64,000 bases of DNA, taken from assembly GCF_009914755.1 (NCBI RefSeq), contig NC_060936.1; one strand, 5' to 3'. The notes under the pieces were generated by a model that saw only the letters and a program-made list of their open reading frames with translations, searched no databases and was not told where the DNA came from. The position numbers and the translations under genes are program-made. Of the stretch, positions 40,476 to 53,700 are shown piece by piece. The DNA comes from the human T2T-CHM13v2.0 reference genome, Homo sapiens. How positions within the stretch are numbered: position 1 is the stretch's first letter; every line of letters starts with the position of its first letter.

Positions 40476-41481
40476 ATTGAAGATAAGTAAAGTTAAATGA
40501 AGCATTTCAGATCAGCAAAATCCAAGAGAATTCTTTATCAACTGAACCACAAAAAAAGACATGAAAATTAAAAGATGAAGGAAGAACTGAGGAATTGAAT
40601 AAATAAGGATTCATATGTTGGTAAATAAAAATGAATATTGATCATCAGATTAAGTATAATATCTGGAGAAGTGTAAAAATATTTAAAATTAAAATGAATT
40701 TTAAAAATTATGGAAAGCTTATTTACACTTATTTTACATGTTGATTGTACTCTTCTCCACATATTTTTCCTCCTGGGTCCCAGGGATAAAAGGAACCCTT
40801 ATCTCAGACATGCCCTTTTCATCACAGAGTGGAGAGAGTATGGGTAAAACCACCTGGTGATTCTTGGGTAAAATTAACTCAGATTACAGAAGGTAATGAC
40901 AATGATTTGAGAAAATTGAATTCTCACAGGGAAGAACAGTGAATATTTAAGAATGATGAGATATTCTACCACATTTAACCCTGTTGGTCACAAATATTCA
41001 CTTCCCTCTTTGCTGCATGCAAAACATATTTATCCCTCTCTCAGGGAGACAGTCCAAAGGTCACATCAAGTCAGCCATTGTGCTCAACTTCCAGGATCTA
41101 ATGGCAATTTCTATACTTTAGAGCCACAACTGCCTTCTCTAAATTCAGACAGTTGATTTGTCTAATGCACACACCTTACAATTACTAGAGGAACAGGAAA
41201 AAAACAATCTAAGAAACACTATCATTCAGAGAGGATAGGAATTGGGAATACACAGCAAACACTGTCAATACCAAGTCTAAAATAGAACTTGATAGGCAAT
41301 GCAGGGGCCTCTTACTCTGTAGCTGTGGGAAGCCTCTTGACTGGTTCCCAGTTACGTTCCTTGAGAATAAGACCCAGCCACTTTTATTTCATGGCTCTTG
41401 AGTCACAATCTGAGAGGTATCTGCTTTTCTTTTTTACTTTGCCATATCCAAAAACGTTCTAAAGAAATTTTAAAGAACATT

Positions 41482-42569
41482 TCTCGGGGGAACCCCCCCC
41501 TCCGATAATTCAACGTTATCTCAGATAGGTTCTTTTCTATTTCCCTAAGTGTCAGCCGGTCTGAGAAATAAAGGGAAAGAGTACAAAAGAGAGAAATTTT
41601 AAAGCTGGGTATCTGGGGGAGACATCACATGTCGGCAGGTTCCGTGATGCCCCTTGAGCTGCAAAACCAGCAAGTTTTTATTAGTGATTTTCAAAGGGGA
41701 GGGAGTGTACAAATAGGGTGTGGGTCACAGAGATCACATGCTTCACAAGGTAATAAAATATCAGAAGGCAAATGGAGGCAGGGTGAGATCACAGGACCAG
41801 GGCAAAATTAAAATTGCTATTGAAGTTTCGGGCATGCATTGTCATTGATAACATCTTATCAGGAGACAGGGTTTGAGAGCAGACAACCAGTCTGACTAAA
41901 AATTTACTAGGTGGGAATTTCCTTGTCCTAATAGGCCTGGGAGCACTACTGGAGACCGGGGCTTATTTCATCCCTTATCTGCAACTGTGAAAGACAGATG
42001 TTCCCAGAGCGGCCATTTTAGAGACCTACCCCTGGGAATGCATTCTCTTTCTCAGGGCTGTTTCTTGCTGAGAAAGGGGAGTTCAGTGATATTTCTCCTA
42101 TTTGCTTTTGAAAGAAGAGAAATATGGCTCTGTTCCACCCGGCTCTCAAGCAGCCAGACCTAACGGTTATCTCCCTTGTTCCCTGAACATCACTGTTATC
42201 CTGTTCTTTTTTCAAGGTGCCCAGATTTCATATTGTTTAAACATAAATGCTTATGAACAATTTTGCAGTTAACACAATCATCACAGGGTCCTGAGGTGAC
42301 ACACATCCTCAGTTTATGAAGATGACGGGATTAAGAGATTGAAGTAAAGACAGGCATAGGAAATCACAAGAATATTGATTGGGGAAGTGATAAATGTCCA
42401 TGAAATCTTCACAATTTATGTTCGGAGATTGCAGTAAAGACAGGCAAAAGAAATTATAAAAGTATTAATTTGGGGAACTAATAAATGTCCATGAAATCTT
42501 CAAAATTTATGTTCTTCTGCCATAGCTTCAGCTTGTCCCTCCATTCAGGGTCCCTGACTTCCCTCAACA
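41482..42569 (-). mobile_element. MER11 solo LTR (ERVK/HML-8)
   Basis: Reverse complement starts TGTTGAGGGAAGTCAGGGACCC; 1088 bp; perfect 6-bp TSD AACATT (41476-41481 and 42570-42575); internal ~90-bp tandem repeat. Confidence 0.92.
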
Positions 42570-45500
42570 AACATTAAAGAAAAATAAAACTCCCTTGGGA
42601 CTAAGTTTATTTCTTAGCCTTCTTTTTTCTTTTTCTTTTTGTCTACAGACTGTGGAGCAGAAAATTGATTTACATTCAATCTCTCCTACCCAGGCTAACC
42701 ACTCAAAAACATGATCCTCTTTTAACATGCTGGATTCTTACTTGTATATATCAATAATCTCACTCATTATTATTTTTAAGTGCCTATTTACACTTAATTA
42801 CAGATACTTTAAACTTAAGAGATTTTTAAGGCAGAGCTATGTCCTTCTGAAAAAGTCCCACACCCAACAGAAATTACATACTTAATGTTAAGATATTGAG
42901 TTAATAGATTCAGAGGCTGAAACAAATAATGTGGTAGCAACATCACTGGCATGTTCTTGCTGTGAGATGGTTTTAATATACCTCAAAGAATGACTAAATT
43001 TTATTTTTAACTTGGGGAGGTGAGATATGGTTGGATCTTCAAATCTAATTCCCAGTTGTTTGTGGATCTTCTCTATTCCCATTCATACCAAGTGCCAAAT
43101 AGGCCAATTCTTTTATCAGTTTCTTTATAGCAAACAGGTTAATTCCAAATTCCCATTCATAAAGCCACAGATGCTTTTGGTATATATCTACCTTTCAGAT
43201 TATCTCAGGTGATGACTTTACTAAAATTTTCACTACTGCAGCATAACCTAGGCTGTTGCTGCTATATTTTCACTTCAAAGGAAGTCTACAGGTCAAGAAA
43301 TAAATTTCTTTTAAATGGAGGGGCCCTGAATAATCATTAAAAAATCTACGAAGTGTACATAAAAACATTCAACATATTCTATAGACAATTTTAATAGTAT
43401 AATTAAGTTTAACAATGTTGATGGAGCAATGGTAATCTGCAAAATTAAATGAATTTCTAATATCATTATATCAAAAATATGCTATGTATAAATAATATGT
43501 AAATATTATATAACTATATATTATATATAATTGAAAATAACATAGAACTACACAAATACTTGACAATGAATCTAATGATGGAAGCATAACATACACAAAA
43601 GAAACAATAAAATCTTATTGATAAAAATTTACATAGAGGCTATGACTTTCATATCTCTTTGTTATTTAACCTTAAGCAATACTTCTGGCCAGCCCTCCAA
43701 ACCTAATTTTGTGCACTTTTAAAGCATTCACAGTCAGTTTGAGATGTTACTTTTAAATACGCTTATTTAAAAATCCCAGAAACAAACATTACAAAGCTGG
43801 AATGCATTGAAACAGTGGTTCTTAATGGTGTGAACTGTTTTTGAAGGTCATCCATGTAATGATGGTCTTACAAGACATTGTCTGTAGACAGAATAAATAA
43901 TATATCTGACCTATGTAATTTCTTCTGTTTTTCAAATGTAAATAAGTTATCCTATGATTAACACAATATGAACTGATTTTACAATATCTCTGTATACATA
44001 GTAACTTTCATCCACACTGATTTCCATATATGGTAGATACTTCACCAAATTATATTATGGGGGATTAGATTAAGCAAAATATTTTGATTATTAAAAAACA
44101 GACATACTCATATCCTTATAAAAGTGTATTAGGAAATAGAATCAGACTTGTGCATTATTTTTCTCATTAGCATGGGCACCAGGCCTCTATCTGATGCTAT
44201 TGTTCTGCATTACTCTCTCAAAAGAAAGTGTCTCTGTTGCCTCCTATTTTAGTTGCTTTGCCAAAGTTAATTACACAGAAGCTTCATTAGTGATGTTTGA
44301 ACCTGGCCACTAAGGATCCTCTATTTATTCATATGATCCCAGTGCACTTCCAAGAGATAGAGCAGAAAAAATAAATATTTTGGGGATAGAAAAGCTAACT
44401 CTCTGCTCTTCTGAAATCAGAGGAAATCTGTTGCTTTCCTCCCTTACATCAAAATTTCTTACCATTATGACAGAGTCCAAGGAAAATATTTCCAAAGTGT
44501 AAAATAAGGAAGTTTCTAAAAAGAGTGTTTATTGTAGCGTGAAAATGCAAAACTAGGAGACCTCAAGATCCTTCAGGAAGTACCTGAAGGTTGATGATCA
44601 AGTTAAACCAGTACAAAGTTACAACTTCCTTAACACAACACAGTTCAACCCATTAGGGAGCTGCCACCTGAAATCGTGAAAAATTATCAAAACAGTAAGT
44701 ATTTTAAGGTAGGTATGACAATTACTTTCTCATTTGAGAGATAAGAGAAAGAAATTTTTGTTGGAGTACTCTTCTGTAATTTTGCTAGTTTAAGCTTGTT
44801 TCAAATTTTTAATATGGAAAACTGTAGCGAACATGTTTTTAAACTATTAACAGATCTTTGACAAGACTAAACATCATAGCTAGGACATATTTATGCATTC
44901 CTGTGTAGTCACACATGCAGTAGTTTGTGGTCACCCATAAAATATAAAGGACACACAGAAATATGCTTCCAAATCCTTGGAATATATACAAAAAAGCATA
45001 TTACATTGCTTATATTACATTGCTTATAATGTTAGCTTTTTTCTAAATTGTAAATATTCTCTTATGGTTAAATGTCTGGCCAGAAATAATTCAATCCCTC
45101 ATATTTATTAGTTCAACAAAAATGCTCCCTTAATGTCTAAGTGACACTAAGACCGAGAGACCTTTGTGTTGTTGCTCATGATGCACTGCACTGCACAAGA
45201 CGATCAAGGCGTAGAAGACTATTTCACTAAGATAGCTTTTTCCTAGTGTGTGTTCAAAGGGAGAGGCATGAAAACGAAGATGACAGAAAGGATGTCAATT
45301 CTCAGTTACTTCATAGTTTATGCTGCTTATTGCACTTTTCATGACCCTGAAGTAGTTGGGAGAAAATTAGTTCTTAAACCAAAATCAAAGAAAAAGGCAT
45401 AGTAAATTACTAGTACACTACTTTGCTTGTATAAAAGCAAAACTTAGAATACATTGACTTTATCTAACAAAGTCAAAAATGGTATTTGCATGAAAGAGGA

Positions 45501-46656
45501 TTGAGGCAACATGAAAAACCTCAGAATATTTGAAAACAAGGAACTGTTTTTCTTTCCTGGAATAAGATGATGAATAGTGTGAGAGTTTCGCAAAGAGACC
45601 AGTTTTGGGGGCAGTAAGGTAATCAAAGGCAACAGTTTTAGTTTTATGGATTTCTTGAAAAACCTTGAGAGTTTCACTAAGAAGTACTAAGAAGTAAGCA
45701 TATGTGACAAGCTGACTGTGTCTTACTGGCCAGTATGCTCTGTTAGCATCTTCATTCTCATTATGCCAGATTCGTACCATCTCTCTTAACAGATTTGTAT
45801 TAGGCTTTCTGCATAAGTATGTATTTTCCTGTAATGGTACCTTTAAAGCAAGATGGGCCTTGCCATATGTATCACATGGGATTTTATGAAGCACATGTCC
45901 ATAAGAGTAAGGAATTCATTTTCCCAGGCCCAGAAGACTGATGATATTTGCAGTAATTTTTTATACGCAAAGCAGGTGAAAAAGCATTCATATAACAAAC
46001 TAATTGGTATCTTATAAGGAGATACAATTTCATTGAGTGATGGAGAAATAGCAAGAACCCTAGAGACTGTGTTGTCAGATAAGACATATGTTTGTAGCTA
46101 CCATTATAAATAATTAATGCAGGCTAAGGACTGGAAGCAGTTATTGCTCCATGAACAGAAATAAACTCATTTCCTCTTGCTGAAGAATGTCATAATGGTC
46201 AGAGATGACATGAACAAAATAAGACCCATAATGCAAATTAAAGAAGCCAGTTAGTATTTTAGTCATCCTTCATTTGTGCCTGAAATTATAAATATATAAA
46301 TTAGGTGATTGCTGATGGCATAAGGGACAACACTGATAGGCAGCTTAGATGATGATGTCAAGGGCGGGCAACAAACTTCCTTAATTGCCTAGGTGGTTCT
46401 CAAATATTGATGTGCATATGAAACTCTTGGTAATTATACCACAGCTATTCTAATTTCTAATTTATCCACTAGGGCCTAACCTCATTTGCCTATTTCCTGG
46501 CTAAAACGTATTAGCTCTGTGTCCCAGAAAACTATACTTGTGACAAATGTCTTTGATATTTCTAATTCAGAGAATTATACACACTAAATAACCTAGTCAA
46601 ATGCAAGTATTTCTGGAAGAATAAAGTAAAGCATTGGATAAACACTACAGTAGTAA

Positions 46657-46978
<322 letters not shown>

Positions 46979-47719
46979 AGTGGTAATTTTAGTGTAAATT
47001 AAATGAGTTTCAAAATACAGAGCCTCGCCTTGTGCATGGCTTGCATCATATTTTCCAACAGCTAGGTGGAAGCATATCCTAACACAGAATTTAGTGGATG
47101 TGCTCTGACAGGAAAGCAAAGAGAGAGAAGGATCCAGAGCTGCTTAATTCCTTGAGAAGAGTGGAGAACTCCATGCAATAAATGCACACAGCCAGTATAC
47201 CTCAGGGAATCAGGCAAAAAGAGGTTGGGAATTTAGAAAGTTGAGTGTGGAGAACAAAAGCTGTGGAGGCAAAATACACTTGTCACAACTTGTCTTCTGA
47301 AAAAGAGGAAGATATATTCACTCTTAGTCAATACAATATAAAGACTGAAAAAAAAATTAAAAGTGCCATTGCATTTCTGAAGAGAAAAAGAGATGAGAGG
47401 CTGGTTAAACTCAAAGTTCAGGTAAAGGATCGTGTGAGAAGGTGAAAAGTAGAAAAGGGCAAACCATAGGTCCAATAATTAAATAGGTAAATTTTGTCTT
47501 TAAGACCGTCAGAACAAGTATTCTATCTCCTCTCCAAACCGTATTGTTGAACTTACACCTGTAGATGCAATTCACCGATAGCCTAGTCTATTCACAAGGA
47601 ACTTAGACCAGTGAGTCTAGGGCTGAATGCTATTCTGCAGAATGTGCTGCAGCCTGTTAATACTTACAGAAGTTACGATTCATTTAGATAGTCTCATGGT
47701 CCTCACTATATACGTTTTA

Positions 47720-48850
47720 ACAGTTTTATTGAGGTATAATCTATACTAAAAACTGCACTTGCACACAACCATGAAACCATCACCACAATCAAGGTGATAA
47801 ACATATCCATCACTCCTCCAAAGTTTCTGTGAGTCTTAAGTTAGTTTTCTTGGATTCTTTTTAGTTTTTGGGTTTTTTTTTTTTTACATAAACACTTAAC
47901 ATGATATCTATTCTCTTAAGCCTTTCCAGTGCACAATAAGGTTTGTTAACTATAGGCACCATGTTGTTCAGCAGATCTCTAGAACTTACTCATCCTGCAT
48001 AACTGAAACTTTATAACTATTGAACAACAACTCCCCATTTTCCCATCACTTCAACCCTTGGCAACCAAGATTCTAACTCTCCGCTTCTGTGAATTTGACT
48101 ATTTTACATGCCATATATAAGTATAATCATGCAGTATTTGTCCTTCTGTAACTGGATCATTTCACTTAGTATAACCTCTTGTAGGTTCATCTGTGTGGTC
48201 ACAAATCACATGATTTTCTTCTTTTTAAAGCTGAACAACATTCCATTATTGTATTATATATTCCACATTTTCTTTATCCATTCATCTGTTGATGGACATT
48301 TGGGTTGTTTCCATATCTTGGTTATTGTGAATAATGCTCAATATTTAAGAGTAAAGTTAGTTCTTTAAACTCCTTATTTCTATAATTTTGCATATATACC
48401 AACAGGTGGGATTACTGGATCATATAGTAGTTATATTTTAAATTTTTTGAGGAAAGTTTCATACTATTTTCTATGGTGGCTACACCATTTTACATTTCTA
48501 ACCAGAGTGTACAAGCGTTTCTATTTCTCTATGTACTTGCCCAAAGTTACCTTTTGTTTTGTTTTTCTTGTTTTTTAATAGCCATCCTTATATGTGTGAG
48601 GTGATATCTCATTGTAGTTTGATATGCATTTCCCTGATAATTGATGATATTAAGCATCTTTTTATATACCTTTTGGCCACTCATAAGTCTTCTTTGGAGA
48701 AATTTCTATTCAACTCTTTTGCCTGTTTTTAAATTGCATTGTCTTTTTTATGCTATTGAATTGTAGGAATTTTTTATGTATTTTGGAGATTAAGCCCTTA
48801 TCAGATATATGGTCTGTAAATATTTTCTCCCATTTCATAAGTTGTGTTCT
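47720..48850 (-). mobile_element. L1MA/MB 3' end
   Basis: TTTATTGAGGTATAAT...TTTCTTTATCCATTCATCTGTTGATGGACATTTGGGTTGTTTCC. Confidence 0.8.
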
Positions 48851-51569
48851 AAATTCCCCAGCATTCTCCAAATTACTACCATTTATCTGTTCATTTTGAA
48901 AATATAAGGATGAGTGAATTTGTATAACATTAATTAGAAATTAATTAATTTAATTATAGAAAAAAATTTAAAAACTGTTAGCTGAGTAGTCACAGTTATT
49001 TTTTCACTATACCTGGTTCCAAACTCCTGAGAATTCCAACATAGCAAAGAAACTTAACCATGATTACCCCTCCTGAGGGGTAATAGAATCACCAAAAAAG
49101 ACAGGATTAAAAAAAAAAAAAAGACCTAAAACTAAACTTTTCCTACCCACATATCTTTTACCTTATCCTGTATCTGGCTTCCATTCACTGCAAAAAAAAA
49201 AAAAAAAGAAAGAAAAGAAAAGAAAAAAGAAATATACTGCTATTGTAGCGTTGTTTTCCTTAACTCAAAAGTGTTGGGTCATAAGAAATTTAGAATGCTG
49301 TAGTATTTTAGGTGGACTGATGTACTGGAAAAAGAGGGAGGGGTTCTGACCAGGCAAAGAAAAGCTGAATAATACAGTGTTTTAAACTCCATGATTATTC
49401 CAGGCTATGGAAATGTAATGACATTATTTTTCTATTACAAGAAGTAGGTTTGTTCATATTTCTTTATGCTAAGTATTTTTGTTTCTCTAAAAACACTCCT
49501 CACTGAGGTTGGTTCTATTATAGCACAGAAAATTGGGCAACTAAATGAACCTTCTAATATGTGTAGAAAGAGATGGGTGGAACTAGAATTATGCAAATAA
49601 AAAGACTATTTCACTAATACATTCAGGTTGTATTAATCAGCAAATGTACTAGGAGTGTTGGTATGAAAGAAACAGACTTTAGGATATAAATAAGAAAGCA
49701 AATTATTTAAACAAAAAAGAAAATTCTACCTTGGTAATAATCATAAGCATAGCAGCAATTCTAATCTTCTTGACATTGCAGTATAAGCCTTTTAGCTTAA
49801 TATTGTCTAAACTTTAAAATACTTTTTAAAAATGGGTTTTTCAAAAAAACTTTTAAAACTCTGCTTTTTAAGAGATAAAAATACAGATACAGTTGTATAA
49901 AAGGTACATTAACTCATTGAAAAATTGTTGAACACATGCTATGTGTCAAGCAGAGTCTCCACAGCAGTAAAAGATGTAACAGAGAAAGAACAAAGCTCCT
50001 ATTCATAGTGTTTACTTTTGAGTGACCCTAAAGATCCACTGATCCTAAGAGTATTAGGATATCTTTGAACTTCTTGGGTATATCCATGCATATAATCTGT
50101 ATGAATTCCACCTGATTTTTCCATAAGAGAATCCGAAGTCTCTCTTAGAAAAGAAATGAATCTTTAGACACATAGTAGGTGGTTTTGGCCTTTAAAAAAA
50201 GAGGAAAACAGAGAGTAAAACAATTCTAGTCTCTAGAAAATGATATATGAGAATCAAATTCTGGAAAAAAGGAAAAAAAAATTCTAAGTTCTTAGGAAGG
50301 AAAAGGTCAGGAAAGAGATTACTATAAACAACCAAGCAGATAACAATAGCATGTAAGGAATTATAATATCAAGGTAAAGAAAGAAATAGTTCAGAGAGCA
50401 AAAAAAAACTCTGGAAAATGTATTAGCAAAATAGCATTTGCAGAACTTTGAATTGAAAATAGTCTGGCCTTTTGTCTAAGAATGTACTAAAAATGATAGT
50501 GCAGTTTGAAACAGGTATGAAAATAAGAACTTTGAACCAACTGACAGGAATAAGCATTAAAAATATAGCTTACTGTCACTATGTAGACAAATCTGTTTTA
50601 TTTCTTCACTAAACTTACCAAGAACCCTACATAGGCCAGATATAAGAGAAAATAAGGATATATAAAATATTGTCTCTAAAGAAGTTTACAGAAACATACG
50701 GGAGAAATACAAGTATAGTGAAGAGTATAATACAATGTGATATAATCCAAACCAAGTACATAAGTACTTGGGAAAAGACACAGGAGCATAGTTTCACATT
50801 CACTGTGTGGGTAAATGAACATTTCCTTGAAGAATCAATATGTATGCACCAGTCAGTCAAAAGATTAGCCTGTGCAGACAAGAGCATGTAGAAAATTGAA
50901 GAATTGCAAGTAGTCAATGCTAAGGCAACTTGAGCTATGAAGAAGAAAGGTAAGAAAATGGTAAGTGATGAGATGGGAAAATCAAGGAAGGTCCTGCCCA
51001 TGAAGAGCCTGGCAGTCCACATGAAAGTGATTAACCTGTAACAAGCAATAGGTAACACCAGTGGAACAGAAATCTCAAAGAAGGAGCATGACTTGACTTA
51101 GAGCATGTGGTATGTGAGGTGTCTGTGGAACACCCAACTTGTGATGTATACTTAGCAATGCTTTTTACCTGATCTTTGGCTACATCACATACATGATCAT
51201 CAAATCACCCTTGAAGAGTAGAGGGTAAGAAGAGTAACAAACAGAAAACAAGAAGCAGGAGGTCTGAAGATTATTGAGAATACCAATATTTCACAGATGG
51301 AGAAAGAGGAGACTAAAAAGAGAAACAATAAAAAGACAGATATAGAAAGAATATCAGTATTAGACATGAAGCCCATTGAAAGAATTATTGAACTTTAAAA
51401 CAAAAATACTATAGCAATTACAGGCAGGATTAAAAACCTAAATGTGCCCTTAGCTTCAACAGTAATGAAGTCTTTGCAGATTCTTCAGGGGGTGGAGGTG
51501 AAAGTGAGGACACAGAGGGTTAAAGCATAAATTGAGTAGGGGTGAGATGAGGAGACGTTAATGTCTTTT

Positions 51570-51965
51570 TAAATTTTTTTTAATTTTATGCGTACATAGC
51601 AAATGTATGTATTTATAGGCCACATGAAATATTTAGATACAGGGAGGTAATATTAAATAAGACATCATGGAGAATGAGTTGTCCATCCCCTCAAGCATTT
51701 ATCCTTTGAGTTACAAATAATTCAGTTATATTATTTGTTATTTTAAAATATACAATTAAGTTATTATTGACTATAGTGTCCCTATTGTGCTATCAAATAG
51801 TAATTATCCTTTCTATTTTTTTGTACCTATTAACCATTCCCACCTACCCCCGAACCCCCCACTATACTTCCCAGCCTCTGGTAAACATCCTTCTACTCTC
51901 TATGTCTATGAGTTCAACTGATTTGATTTTCAGATGTCACGAATAAGTGAGAACATACGATGTCT
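51570..51965 (-). mobile_element. L1MA-type 3' end fragment
   Basis: CCATCCCCTCAAGCATTTATCCTTTGAGTTACAAA...ATAAGTGAGAACAT. Confidence 0.8.
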
Positions 51966-52761
51966 TTCTAAAGGACCTAAAGATATATTGAAAAAGACGC
52001 AGCCTAGAAGACTATATTTAGTGGTGTTAAATGTAGATTTGCTTCTGGAGCTTGAAAGGAAAGGAATCACAACTGAACATCAAATGAAAGCCTATGAGAA
52101 TATTCATTTTGTAAAAACCTTGAACACAACTTTTTCTCACATTATAGATAAAATAATTGTACATCAACCCATCTACAGGTACTAGAGGGTTGAGAATAAG
52201 GAATGCCAGCAGAGAAGAATAAAAAGACCGGGGAAAGGCTCAGGGACAACGGTTGTATTCTGTTGTCATTGTTGTTTGTTTGTTTTTCAGGAAAAATGTA
52301 ATTTAATCTTAATACAATCCTCAGATGATAACAACTGAAGAGAATTAATGTTATTAATTACCTGGATATATCCTATATTCAGAGTTTGTCCTGGACAAAA
52401 AATGTTTAAGTACCTATAAAATGACATCATTTCTTTCTAACCCATTTGTAAATCCATTCCATGTAACAAACTACAATCAACTGCATTTGTAAATTCTGAT
52501 GGATAAGGAATGATCAAAGAAAAAGTTGGATTGTTTTACAAAACTTGATTTCTTAAGGAGATATCCACTGCTCATATATGTGAAATTTAGAAAGGTTATT
52601 GGAACACTGGCAACATTGATTATTCTATAAAGGGAGAAAATAAAAGTAGGCTGGTCAGCTTGGCTTCTAGATGCATATCCTTTTGCTATAGAATTCAAAT
52701 ATCTACCCCCTCATAAACCGTGATTTTTAAAGGAGGATTGGGTAGATATCAAAGAACAGTG

Positions 52762-53700
52762 ATGAAAAACCACACAGTAATAAGAACTTTTATCCTGCTG
52801 GGACTGACAGGTGACCCACACCTGCAAGTTCTGCTTTTTATCTTTCTATTTCTCACCTACATGTTGAGTGTAACAGGGAACCTGACTATTATCACCCTCA
52901 CATTGGTGGACCACCACCTTAAAACTCCTATGTACTTCTTTCTCAGAAATTTTTCCTTCTTAGAAGTCTCATTTACTACAGTCTGCATTCCCAGATTCTT
53001 GTACAATATATCAATGGGGGACAATACCATTACCTACAATGCTTGTGCCAGTCAAATATTCTTTGTTATTCTCTTTGGAGCAACAGAATTTTTTCTCTTG
53101 GCAGCCATGTCCTATGACCGCTATGTGGCCATCTGTAAACCCCTTCATTATGTGGTCATCATGAACAACAGGGTGTGTACCTTATTAGTTCTCTGCTGTT
53201 GGGTGGCTGGCTTGATGATCATTGTTCCACCACTTAGCTTAGGCCTCCAGCTCGAATTCTGTGACTCCAATGCCATTGATCATTTTAGCTGTGATGCAGG
53301 TCCTCTCCTAAAGATCTCATGCTCAGATACATGGGTAATAGAACAGATGGTTATACTTATGGCTGTATTTGCACTCATTATCACCCTAGTTTGTGTGATT
53401 CTGTCCTACTTGTACATAGTCAGAACAATTCTGAAGTTCCCTTCTGTTCAGCAAAGGAAAAAGGCCTTTTCTACCTGTTCATCCCACATGATTGTGGTTT
53501 CCATTGCCTATGGAAGCTGCATCTTCATCTATATCAAGCCCTCTGCAAAAGATGAGGTGGCCATAAATAAAGGAGTTTCAGTTCTTACTACTTCTGTCGC
53601 ACCCTTGTTGAACCCCTTCATTTACACCTTGAGGAACAAGCAAGTGAAACAAGCTTTCAGTGACTCTATAAAGAGGATTGCATTTCTCTCAAAGAAGTAG
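52762..53700 (+). CDS. OR6C2: Olfactory receptor, family 6 subfamily C (312 aa), all canonical motifs intact
   Basis: [14 protein letters not shown]...; NHT glycosylation site, [40 protein letters not shown]. The ORF-track start at 52720 is a GTG. Confidence 0.92.
   Translation: MKNHTVIRTFILLGLTGDPHLQVLLFIFLFLTYMLSVTGNLTIITLTLVDHHLKTPMYFFLRNFSFLEVSFTTVCIPRFLYNISMGDNTITYNACASQIFFVILFGATEFFLLAAMSYDRYVAICKPLHYVVIMNNRVCTLLVLCCWVAGLMIIVPPLSLGLQLEFCDSNAIDHFSCDAGPLLKISCSDTWVIEQMVILMAVFALIITLVCVILSYLYIVRTILKFPSVQQRKKAFSTCSSHMIVVSIAYGSCIFIYIKPSAKDEVAINKGVSVLTTSVAPLLNPFIYTLRNKQVKQAFSDSIKRIAFLSKK

Noticed and set aside
42330-42515. ~90-bp direct repeats resembling an array
   Set aside because: Internal to the MER11 LTR; only two units and no spacers, so not CRISPR-like
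44998-45028. Small tandem duplications (ATATTACATTGCTT x2; others near 8168, 18959 and 21163)
   Set aside because: Ordinary replication-slippage duplications with no sign of function
52720-52761. 14-aa N-terminal extension of OR6C2
   Set aside because: GTG start called by the ORF finder; the conserved start is the ATG at 52762
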